Part shown: piece after piece, positions 9,136-16,231 of the stretch
Layout of the letters: the number at the start of each line of letters is the position of its first letter
Numbering within the stretch: the first letter of the stretch is position 1
Origin: Subdoligranulum sp. CAG:314
Lineage (GTDB): Bacteria; Actinomycetota; Coriobacteriia; Coriobacteriales; Eggerthellaceae
NCBI GenBank assembly: GCA_963635715.1
Contig: CAVHFS010000001.1
Coordinates: 46,452 to 110,451, forward strand
Direction of reading: 5' to 3'
DNA length: 64,000 bases
Made by a program: the position numbers and the translations under genes
The notes under the pieces: generated by a model
Seen by the model: only the letters and a program-made list of their open reading frames with translations
The model's database searches: none
Told to the model about the DNA's origin: nothing

Positions 9136-9310
9136 TGTACTGAGTATTTTTACTCATTGTACTGAGTATTTTTACTCATTGTACTGAGTATTTTTACTCA
9201 TTGTACTGAGTATTTTTACTCATTGTACTGAGTATTTTTACTCATTGTACTGAGTATTTTTACTCATTGTACTGAGTATTTTTACTCAGTACAATGAGAA
9301 TTCGAGGGGC
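9121..9310. repeat. inverted repeat arms (9121-9144 and 9285-9310) framing the 22-bp array
   Basis: gccccgaattctcattgtactgag versus the reverse complement of ctcagtacaatgagaattcgaggggc; identical apart from a 2-nt indel. Each arm carries an outward-facing ATGAGAATTCG. Confidence 0.9.
9131..9284. repeat. tandem repeat, 7 perfect copies of the 22-bp unit CTCATTGTACTGAGTATTTTTA
   Basis: Counted unit by unit (9131, 9153, 9175, 9197, 9219, 9241, 9263) with no mismatches. Confidence 0.97.
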
Positions 9311-9360
9311 GATGCCTTCGCGACGGGCGTATTGTTATTTGAGAAACAGCGGACGGATGC

Positions 9361-9445
9361 GGACATTTTTGAGCGTTTTCGGACATATTCTCCCTCTTTT
9401 AGGACATTGTCCGCAAATGTCCTAAAAGAGGACCGCCGCATCCGC
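9361..9445. repeat. hairpin repeat element, copy A
   Basis: GGACAT motifs at 9361, 9381 and 9402. 15-bp stem 9393-9407 / 9417-9431 with loop TGTCCGCAA. Aligns with copies B and C. Confidence 0.85.
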
Positions 9446-9449
9446 CTTC

Positions 9450-10844
9450 CTATTTCGCCCTAACATACTTTCTTAACCGCGTCTCCCCCGTTCCCAGAAG
9501 CTCGCCAGCGTTGACCCTTCCCGATATATGCCTTCGCACCGTCCGCTCGGTCACATTCGCGATATTCGCTACCGCCGCCACGGTTACATAGCCATAAGAC
9601 TCCAACATACGTTCTATAACCCAGTCAACATCAAGCCTCTGATTTGATTCCGAACTCGATACCACGGGAACTCGCGCCTCAAACACGTCACCTTCGATAA
9701 GCTCGGGTTGGCCGCCGCCATACACCCATGAATACTTGAACAAATTCCTCGTGCCGCTCCCCAGCGATTCCGCCCGTCCAATATTGCTAAAAAACTCAGC
9801 AATAATTGGATTCTTCGGTAATGGGTTAAAGCGTCCAGGCGATAGTTCGCCGGTAAAACGGGGGCGACTCGCGTTCTCTGTACGAATATTCCCCGCATCG
9901 ATAACCATTTTGGCAGGATAGGGACTGGTGTACTCGCGATGGACGAGCGTGTTTGCGATTAGCTCACGCGAAATAACGTCTCTTAAGCTCACCGACTGCG
10001 TTCCGTCAAGGAAGAACTTGTCGGGCAGATGCTTTTGAGCGAACTCCAAAAGGACATCGTAAGCCTCGATGAGATTGGTCTTCACAACGATACGGTCATC
10101 ATAGCGATCAACATTGTCGCGCTGAACATACGCATCGGTTTTGTACGCTGGTGCAATGCTGGCAATTACATCGTCCTTGCCAAGCAAGAGCGCAGCGGCA
10201 AGCGTATACCCCTCGCGGCCCGTCTCGTAATCTTTGAGATAAAGATTTGCGCTGCGAAGCAATTCCTCATCGCTCATCTCGGACCAGGGGTGGTTGGAGC
10301 GTTTAGCCGTCGCCATTTTTCTAACACGCGCGAGCAGATCAAGGCGCAAGTCACTCAACCCAAGGTAGGGATAGACCTTCCGTTCGGAATAGTATTCCTG
10401 CTTACGGATATACATGGCCGCAAGCTGCGTGTCGGTCGCAACCTTTCTATCAGTATCGGCAATCCTGTCGTATGCCACGCCCTTCAACCTATGGACGACA
10501 GCACCGACCGTAACCCATATGCGCAAAACTAGCTTTTCCTCGAATTCCACTCTTTCGAACTCAACAGAAGGCGGAACATTGAAAAAGCTCGGATCATTCA
10601 GACGGTTTGCTATGTTACGTTCGATTTCAACAGCACGATCTGGATCAATCCCAATGACTTCGGGCTTACCCGTACTGGATTTCTCGGCATCGACAATCCC
10701 CAGAAAGATATTGCCTCCCTGTCTATTCGCGAATGAGCAAATCGTTTCGAACGTATCAATTTCTGGCACATTTCCGCATCGTTTGAATTCGACGGAAATC
10801 CCCTCCCCTTGAACGAGAATCAACTTGATGTCGTCCAGAGTCAT
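9450..10844 (-). CDS. AlbA_2 (Schlafen-like) plus HATPase_c_4 (RecG C-terminal-like) plus HTH putative DNA-binding ATP-binding protein
   Basis: N-terminal GEGISVEFKRCGN (AlbA_2 signature), SRELIANTLVHREY (HATPase_c_4 signature) and a C-terminal HTH. ATG 10844 is preceded by AAAGGTGG. Confidence 0.85.
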   Translation of the reverse strand: MTLDDIKLILVQGEGISVEFKRCGNVPEIDTFETICSFANRQGGNIFLGIVDAEKSSTGKPEVIGIDPDRAVEIERNIANRLNDPSFFNVPPSVEFERVEFEEKLVLRIWVTVGAVVHRLKGVAYDRIADTDRKVATDTQLAAMYIRKQEYYSERKVYPYLGLSDLRLDLLARVRKMATAKRSNHPWSEMSDEELLRSANLYLKDYETGREGYTLAAALLLGKDDVIASIAPAYKTDAYVQRDNVDRYDDRIVVKTNLIEAYDVLLEFAQKHLPDKFFLDGTQSVSLRDVISRELIANTLVHREYTSPYPAKMVIDAGNIRTENASRPRFTGELSPGRFNPLPKNPIIAEFFSNIGRAESLGSGTRNLFKYSWVYGGGQPELIEGDVFEARVPVVSSSESNQRLDVDWVIERMLESYGYVTVAAVANIANVTERTVRRHISGRVNAGELLGTGETRLRKYVRAK

Positions 10845-10864
10845 ACCGCCCACCTTTCAATCGA

Positions 10865-11017
10865 CCTCTTTTAGGACATTTTAGCCATTATTCGGACATA
10901 TTCGCCCTCTTTTAGGACATTGTCCGCAAATGTCCTAAAAGAGGCCGCCGCAACCGCAAAGGTGTGATTCGGCGGATTAGGAGCGAAATCACAACAGGGA
11001 AGGGGTCGATTCATCAG
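10865..11017. repeat. hairpin repeat element, copy B (long form, with an extra direct arm)
   Basis: 15-bp stem 10906-10920 / 10930-10944. A third arm CCTCTTTTAGGACATT at 10865-10880. The right-hand extension CAAAGGTGTGATTCGGCGGATTAGGAGCGAA...ATTCATCAG is shared with copy C. Confidence 0.85.
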
Positions 11018-11189
11018 TACATTCAAACAGCATCAAATGAGACAGGCGAGCGAAGACGGGAAGCCGACCGATGCCGACGAGACATCGGCTTGGGACGACG
11101 CGATCCACTACGACCGCGACAAAGACCATCACCATCCGCAACGCGAGGCATGCCACAACCCACACGACGCGAGTACGATTTTCGGTTAC

Positions 11190-11633
11190 TCAGAAACCGC
11201 AACTGTCGCCGATTTTTCGAAGGAAGTCTGCAGGCTCGATGGCTGGGACGGGGCTACCGAGGAAATCCTTCACGTTCCGGGTGACGACGAAGTCGGCGGC
11301 GAGCCTCTGAGCCGTGGCCGCCTGCACGGCGTCCTCGTAATCCCTCCAGCGCATCGACGCGGCCGCCTTGAGGTCAGAGGGCCGCAGCTCGGCGATGCCA
11401 ACCGCCATATCAATCGTGTCGATCACGGCTTCGACCAAGGCGGCGTCGAGCTCCTTGCGCATGATGTAGACGATATTCGAAATGCTCAGAGCCGACACGT
11501 GGCCAGAGACCACGCCTCCCTCGCAAAGATTGAGAACCGCCTCGGAGGCGTCGACGAACGGCTCGCGTGCGCAAAGAACGTCGAGGACGACGTTAGTATC
11601 GACCAGAATCGATGCGCTCGGCGACATGCTCAT
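11190..11633 (-). CDS. vapC: type II toxin, PIN-domain ribonuclease VapC family
   Basis: ILVDTNVVLDVL N-terminal PIN motif, about 145 aa. Overlaps the upstream antitoxin gene. Confidence 0.85.
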   Translation of the reverse strand: MSMSPSASILVDTNVVLDVLCAREPFVDASEAVLNLCEGGVVSGHVSALSISNIVYIMRKELDAALVEAVIDTIDMAVGIAELRPSDLKAAASMRWRDYEDAVQAATAQRLAADFVVTRNVKDFLGSPVPAIEPADFLRKIGDSCGF

Positions 11634-11832
11634 CCCTCGCTTCCTTATCGTCGTAATCGCGCTTCAAAATCCCGCGTAGAGAGCTCGTGAGGTATCTTGT
11701 CTTCTGCTCGGGAGAGACGAAGCGGCCGATTTCGCGGCCGCGCCTCATAACGACGATTTCCTCGCCCTCGTCGACGAGCTTCGCGTATTTTCCGAAGTTG
11801 TTCTTGAATTCCGTAGCCGATGCGACAACCAT
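11593..11832 (-). CDS. type II antitoxin, Phd/YefM family
   Basis: 79 aa, MVVASATEFKNNFGKYAKLVDEGEEIVVMRRGREIG, a typical Phd/YefM N-terminus. Directly upstream of and overlapping vapC. Confidence 0.8.
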   Translation of the reverse strand: MVVASATEFKNNFGKYAKLVDEGEEIVVMRRGREIGRFVSPEQKTRYLTSSLRGILKRDYDDKEARDEHVAERIDSGRY

Positions 11833-11867
11833 TTTCTCGCCCCCATTCCCATGCTATTAGCTAATTC

Positions 11868-11895
11868 ATTATATTATCAATTGGCTAATTTTGAA
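11868..11895 (-). promoter_or_regulatory. candidate sigma-70 promoter of phd-vapC
   Basis: Minus strand TTCAAA (11890-11895), 16 nt, TATAAT (11868-11873). ATTAGC/GCTAAT inverted repeats flank the -10, giving a possible antitoxin operator. Confidence 0.45.
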
Positions 11896-12013
11896 CATAT
11901 TCGGCCCCTTTTAGGACATTGTCCGCAAATGTCCTAAAAGGGGCCGCCGCAACCGCAAAGGTGCGATTCGACGGATTAGGAGCGAAGCCAGCAGAGAAGG
12001 GACCAATTCATCG
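11890..12013. repeat. hairpin repeat element, copy C (long form)
   Basis: 18-bp perfect stem 11901-11918 / 11928-11945 with the same 9-nt loop. Relative to A and B it has a compensatory T>C / A>G change in the stem. Confidence 0.85.
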
Positions 12014-12110
12014 GGATTCGAGGGTGCGTTAATTCGTGACGCAATGCGTCACGAATCGGGAATGGCGAACGGGGCAATCATATACAACGATAATCCAGGA
12101 ATGACCCCGA

Positions 12111-12507
12111 TCACTCGTTTGCAGTCTTCTCTGCGTACAGTTTGAACAGGTACGCGACGATTTTCTCCTCGTCGCCGACGAAATCGACGCCGTAGGCCGC
12201 CTCAACAGCGGCGTCGAGCGCCTTATGCGCGACAAGCAAATCGGCTGGATTTTATCAGGGTCATAGAGTTTAGCGAGCATGGTGCCGAGATGCGTCTCCA
12301 GACATCGAGCACGCCTTGAGCACGTGCTTCAACGGTCGCACACGGCCCATCGGAGGGAGCAGGCCAAACGAAGTTGTCGTAGACGACACCGCCCGAGTAG
12401 CGATAGTCGCTTTTCAAGCGTCCTGCCACCGTACGCATGCATGCGCTGTGAAACTGCAAATAGAGAACGCCGAAGTGGTACAAGGTAGCGTCAGGAATCA
12501 GGAACAC
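12111..12507 (-). pseudogene. remnant of the C-terminus of an MmeI-family (type IIL/IIG) restriction-modification methyltransferase; frameshifted and 5'-truncated
   Basis: GRLKSDYRYSGGVVYDNFVWP is the family signature. After a frameshift my translation reads PADLLVAHKALDAAVEAAYGVDFVGDEEKIVAYLFKLYAEKTANE*. No upstream roughly 800 aa of the enzyme is present. Confidence 0.7.
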
Positions 12508-12611
12508 TAAGTCACTGCAGAAGGCTCCAGAGTCGATAAACGCAAGTTATCCAATTGCTCACAAGCAGTTTAACACCACTTATTACAGAGTTTCCGACCC
12601 CTCTCGGGGAA

Positions 12612-13533
12612 TGGATTGGCTATACCTATTTGGACGATTCCGGGAGAACCAATCCTGCCTTCCTGAACTCAACCGGGGTCATGTAGCCCAGCGTCGAGTG
12701 GATCCTGAAATTGTTGCACCAGTGCACGTAGTCCGCCAGCTTGGCCCGCAGCTCGCGGGTCGTGCCGAACGCCTCGCGGTAGACGAACTCCGCCTTCAGT
12801 ATCTTGTTCGTCGACTCGTCGACGGCGTTGTCGTACGGGCAGCCCTTCCTCGACAGCGACCTCTCGATGCCGAAGGCGTCGAGCATCTCGCCGATCTTGG
12901 CGTTGCCGAACTCGCTTCCGCGGATGCCGTATGGAAGACCTGGATGTCGGACAGGGGGAACTCGACCGTCGCGAACGCCGCCCTCACCAGTTCGGCGTCC
13001 TTGCGCGGCCCCGCCGAGTGCCCGACGATCTCGCGGTTGTGCAGGTCGACGAGCAGGCAGACGTAGTTCCATCCGCCGCCGACGCGCACGTAGGTCAGGT
13101 CGCTGCACACGCAGGCGCGCGGCGCACGCCCGCCGAAGCGCCTGCCCACCACGTTGGGCAGCTCGGCCTCGTTGGGCCCGCTGGGGTGGCATTTGAACTT
13201 CTTGCGTCCGTAGGCGCTTTAAAACGTCGACCTCCATGCGCAGCCGCCTGTTCTCGCGCTCCAGCTCGATGATCCGGTTCTGCTCGGGCGTGCGGTTGTC
13301 GGCCGCGCGCGGCGAGCCCGACGCGTTTATCGACTTGACCCACCTGTCGACCGTGCTCTTGCACAGGTCGTACTCGCGCACCACGTCGGGCTTTGGCTTC
13401 CCGGCGTTTATGAGCTCGACTATCTGCCGCTTGAACTCGTCGGTGAAATGCCTCGGGTACTTCGGGTCGGCCATGGGCCTCTCCTCGATCTCGCGACCCT
13501 CTCGAAAGTGTCCAATTCAGTATAGCCAGTCCA
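12612..13533 (-). mobile_element. degenerate IS3-family insertion sequence (922 bp)
   Basis: Terminal inverted repeats TGGATTGGCTATACCTATTTGGAC (12612-) and the reverse complement TGGACTGGCTATACTGAATTGGAC (-13533). GAA on both flanks is a possible 3-bp target duplication. Encodes OrfA and a truncated rve integrase core. Confidence 0.8.
12626..13474 (-). pseudogene. IS3-family transposase orfAB, internally deleted and frameshifted
   Basis: OrfA HTH is MADPKYPRHFTDEFKRQIVELINAGK...LERENRRLRMEVDVLK. The rve core is split over two frames (DLTYVRVGGGWNYVCLLVDLHNREIVGHS... / ...GSEFGNAKIGEMLDAFGIERSLSRKGCPYDNA). OrfB lacks about 80-90 N-terminal aa. Confidence 0.75.
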
Positions 13534-13658
13534 GAAGCGGGGAATCGGCGAAGCGAGCCCGCGCCACATGGGTGCGGGCATCGGCCGCCAGGCCGATATC
13601 GCATGGCGCAGCCATACCTGGGCGCAAGCCCAGAATGAAACACCGGGCGCATACCGAA

Positions 13659-13710
13659 GCTATGACAAGCTCTGACAAAGCTCTGACAAGCTCTGACAAA
13701 GCTATGACAT
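13659..13710. repeat. short tandem repeat, five 10/11-bp units GCT(A/C)TGACAA(A)
   Basis: GCTATGACAA GCTCTGACAAA GCTCTGACAA GCTCTGACAAA GCTATGACA, read directly. It lies just 3' of the AlbA_2 gene that stops at 13716. Confidence 0.8.
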
Positions 13711-13715
13711 CATGC

Positions 13716-14804
13716 CTATGCCAGCGTATAGAACTGGTTGGGATCGGTGGCGGAGGATCCGTGCCACTCGAACATCCCGCCGTCTCCGGAGAGGCCCTTG
13801 AGAATGCGGCTCGCGGTGCGCTGCCCGCGACCGATATGCTCGGCGAGCTCCGCCGCCGTGACCTTGCCATTGGCGAACGCGAGCCGCACGGCGGCGAGCT
13901 CGTACTCGCCCAGCGCGGCCATGGATTCCTGCGAAATCCTGTCCTCCAGCGCCTCGCAGCGCCCGACCGTCCTCGCCACGATATTGTTCTCGAGCGTGAG
14001 CTTGACCTTCGCGTTGTCGGGCTCCGAGTACGTCGGGGCATTCAGGAGCATTCCTTGCATCTCGCTGTAGATGCGCTGCACGCCCTCGTTGAGCTCGCGG
14101 ACCCACCCGAATTCGGCGAGCGTGCGGGCGATGCGCGGGTTTCGCGAGTAGCGCGTCTCGCGCATGTTGTCGAGCGTCACGATGTTGGGCAGCGCGCCCG
14201 CGACCGTCAGCCTGCCGTCGCGCATAAAGCGCCGGCTCCTGAGCACCTGCTCGTCGGAAGCCTCGGTTCCGAACAATTCCTTGTAGCGATCGAGCACCTC
14301 GCGATCGACGTCGTCGATCGAGGAGTCCAACACGAGTTCGTCCTCGAAGACGCGCTGCCCCTTGTCGTATTCGAGCGCTGAGACCTGTTCGCGCGTCAGC
14401 TTGACGCTCTTGTCGTTCTGGCGCAGAAACACCTCGCCGTCGCTCGCCCGCGATATCACATGGTTGGGCGAGGCCTCGACGTCCAATACGAGCACGATGT
14501 CGCTTTCGCCTTTGGAATTCACCACGGGGATGCGCTCTTTATGCACAATGGGGCTCGGGGAGCATGTGGCGATCGGGGCACGTTCGAAATCCTCGACGTC
14601 GCGCGCGCCGTTGCGCGCGAAACCCGTCACCTCGCCGTCATCCTCGATGCCGATGACGAGTTTGCCGCCAGAGGCGTTCGCGAACGCGCTTATGTGCTTG
14701 GCGATTTCCTTGTCGTCTTTGCGGGCGCTTTTGCGGTCGAAGTACTGGCTTTCCTTCGCCGCAGATAGGAGGGCGATCTCGTTCGCCGCCACGGGCTGTT
14801 GCAT
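13716..14804 (-). CDS. AlbA_2 (Schlafen-like) domain protein with a C-terminal HTH; apparently lacks the HATPase_c_4 core
   Basis: Start MQQPVAANE is preceded by AAGGAG. AlbA_2 signature is ESQYFDRKSARKD...FANASGGKLVIGIEDDG. The sequence jumps from LTVAGAL to PNIVTLDNM..RYSRNPRIA without the RELxANAxVHRDY block found in the two paralogs. Confidence 0.75.
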   Translation of the reverse strand: MQQPVAANEIALLSAAKESQYFDRKSARKDDKEIAKHISAFANASGGKLVIGIEDDGEVTGFARNGARDVEDFERAPIATCSPSPIVHKERIPVVNSKGESDIVLVLDVEASPNHVISRASDGEVFLRQNDKSVKLTREQVSALEYDKGQRVFEDELVLDSSIDDVDREVLDRYKELFGTEASDEQVLRSRRFMRDGRLTVAGALPNIVTLDNMRETRYSRNPRIARTLAEFGWVRELNEGVQRIYSEMQGMLLNAPTYSEPDNAKVKLTLENNIVARTVGRCEALEDRISQESMAALGEYELAAVRLAFANGKVTAAELAEHIGRGQRTASRILKGLSGDGGMFEWHGSSATDPNQFYTLA

Positions 14805-14899
14805 TTGCGGCTCCTTCGTCATTCGGTGCATACCAGTGTAAACCAACGCCCGCCGACACCGACCCAAGACGCCGAATCCCGAGGCGATGCGCGAAATCG

Positions 14900-14923
14900 C
14901 CAGCCCCGCCGAAGCGGGGCTGG
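14900..14923 (-). terminator. terminator-like hairpin after the YraN-like ORF
   Basis: CCAGCCCCGC-CGAA-GCGGGGCTGG, a perfect 10-bp stem. On the minus strand the loop is UUCG and the trailing sequence CGATTTCG is only a weak U tract. Confidence 0.55.
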
Positions 14924-14933
14924 GTGGCTGGCG

Positions 14934-15314
14934 CTACTCGATCGAGCCGTACAGGTTGACGATGTGCTTCACGAAGCCCTTGAGGTTGGGCATCGCCTTG
15001 ACCTGCACCGAATCGAAGCGGACCCGGGCGTCCTGGCCGTCGTAGCGGGACAGCCAGCGGTAGGCGCATATCTCGGCGAGCCCGCGGTCCTTGCGCGGCG
15101 GCTCGAACCCGTCGCCGTCGCCTTCGTCGAGCGACACGTCGACGAAGACCAGGCACCCGCCGTCGGCGGCCACCACGCCGCGCCTGCTGGGCATCCAGTC
15201 GCCGTCGAAGAGCTCGTAGCCCTTGCGCTTGAGCATCTCGTGCGCAAGCCCGTACGCGAGGTCCTCCCACGCCGGGTTGTCCGCGCCCATATCCATGAGT
15301 TCCATCGCTTCCAT
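14934..15314 (-). CDS. YraN/UPF0102-like (PD-(D/E)xK fold) protein with divergent catalytic motif
   Basis: Start MEAMELMDMG is preceded by GAGGAGG. The pattern KGYELFDGDW...GGCLVFVDVS...VRFDSVQV parallels YraN GY.il.rN.r...GEIDii..dg..lvFVEVK...RFDvv.v, but GEID and EVK are not conserved. Confidence 0.5.
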   Translation of the reverse strand: MEAMELMDMGADNPAWEDLAYGLAHEMLKRKGYELFDGDWMPSRRGVVAADGGCLVFVDVSLDEGDGDGFEPPRKDRGLAEICAYRWLSRYDGQDARVRFDSVQVKAMPNLKGFVKHIVNLYGSIE

Positions 15315-15389
15315 CGTTGCCTCCTCGGGCTCGGGGCGATTATCTGGATATGGCCAGTCAGGAAGCTCCACGGGAATGTCGGATACCAG

Positions 15390-15545
15390 CTCACCCGCAG
15401 CCTTCTCGGCGTACAACCTGAACAGGCGCGCGACAACCTTCTCCTCGTCGCAGTCGAAATCGACGCCATAGGCGACCTCGAGTGCGGCATCGAGCGCCCT
15501 ATGGACGTTCATTGAATCAGGGAGCAGGAAATCGTTTGCCAGGGT
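15390..15545 (-). pseudogene. second MmeI-family methyltransferase C-terminal tail remnant
   Basis: HRALDAALEVAYGVDFDCDEEKVVARLFRLYAEKAAGE parallels the tail at 12111-12240 but is a different sequence. The upstream reading is broken by stops. It runs in frame into the YraN-like ORF. Confidence 0.5.
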
Positions 15546-16179
15546 CGTGCATCACACCCGAGGTGGCACTCGCTCGAAGGCAAATGCGGCATCCCCTTCG
15601 AGAAAGACAGGGTTTGTTCGAAAGCAGAACGGAGACCTCGATGGCGCGAAGTCCCAGACGCGCCGAAGTTCGGGGACGGCCGTATCCGGAAAGCAGGCCA
15701 TCTAGTAAGCGGCAAAGAATTCTGACGCGGTCTCTTCGCGAACGCCTGCATTCACTATAGGGTCTATGCAGGAGATGACGTTAAGAACCTATGGGAGGAA
15801 TACGGACGGTGGTTCACAAGGCGAGCCGCATACGCCGTCGATGACGAAACCCTCCTAGGGGCAAGATAGCCGTCATTGCCGTCACCCCGTCATCCCTCCA
15901 GCAACGGCAAGGCTCCGTTTCCAACATTTCCCACGCCTTACGAATTGAAGGAAGATTCTCCAGGCATGGAAAATATTGAAAACGGGGTCACTCCTTCATT
16001 AAGCTCTCTTTGCTGTCATATATTCGGAATGCTGCGATTTCCTCCCCTGCCGAATTTTTTCTTCGGGAACCGCCCGATTTCGCAAATCTCCACAATTCTC
16101 GGTAGATTTTCGCTTTTATTGCCAGGGGTTGGGAAAACTATTCTTCTCAAATTCTTCCCCAGAGGCGATTTCGAGAGTC

Positions 16180-16222
16180 GAAAAGAAAAAAGCAGACCAG
16201 AACTTTCACCGTTCTGACCTGC
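16180..16222 (-). terminator. intrinsic terminator downstream of tRNA-Met
   Basis: The minus-strand RNA GCAGGUCAGAAC-GGUGAAA-GUUCUGGUCUGC forms 12 pairs including two G-U, followed by UUUUUUCUUUUC. Confidence 0.7.
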
Positions 16223-16231
16223 TGAAACATT

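Noticed and set aside
9131-9284. Possible CRISPR array
   Set aside because: The 22-bp units are directly adjacent with no spacers, the unit is shorter than CRISPR repeats, and there are no cas genes in the window.
11037-11690. 217-aa plus-strand ORF beginning in the gap between repeat B and vapC
   Set aside because: Most of it is antisense to vapC. The unique N-terminal 50 aa (Asp/His-rich) have no SD and no recognisable fold.
9361-12013. Bona fide integron (attC sites plus cassettes)
   Set aside because: There is no intI gene or attI in the window. I could not match the R''/R' core sites (RYYYAAC / GTTRRRY) convincingly; TTAGGAC/GTCCTAA is only a partial fit. The stems are perfect rather than carrying the extrahelical bases typical of attC. 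It is kept only as an analogy and needs IntegronFinder to settle.
13236-14381. 381-aa plus-strand ORF spanning the IS end and the AlbA_2 gene
   Set aside because: It crosses the IS boundary and the tandem repeat, and is antisense to recognisable minus-strand genes.
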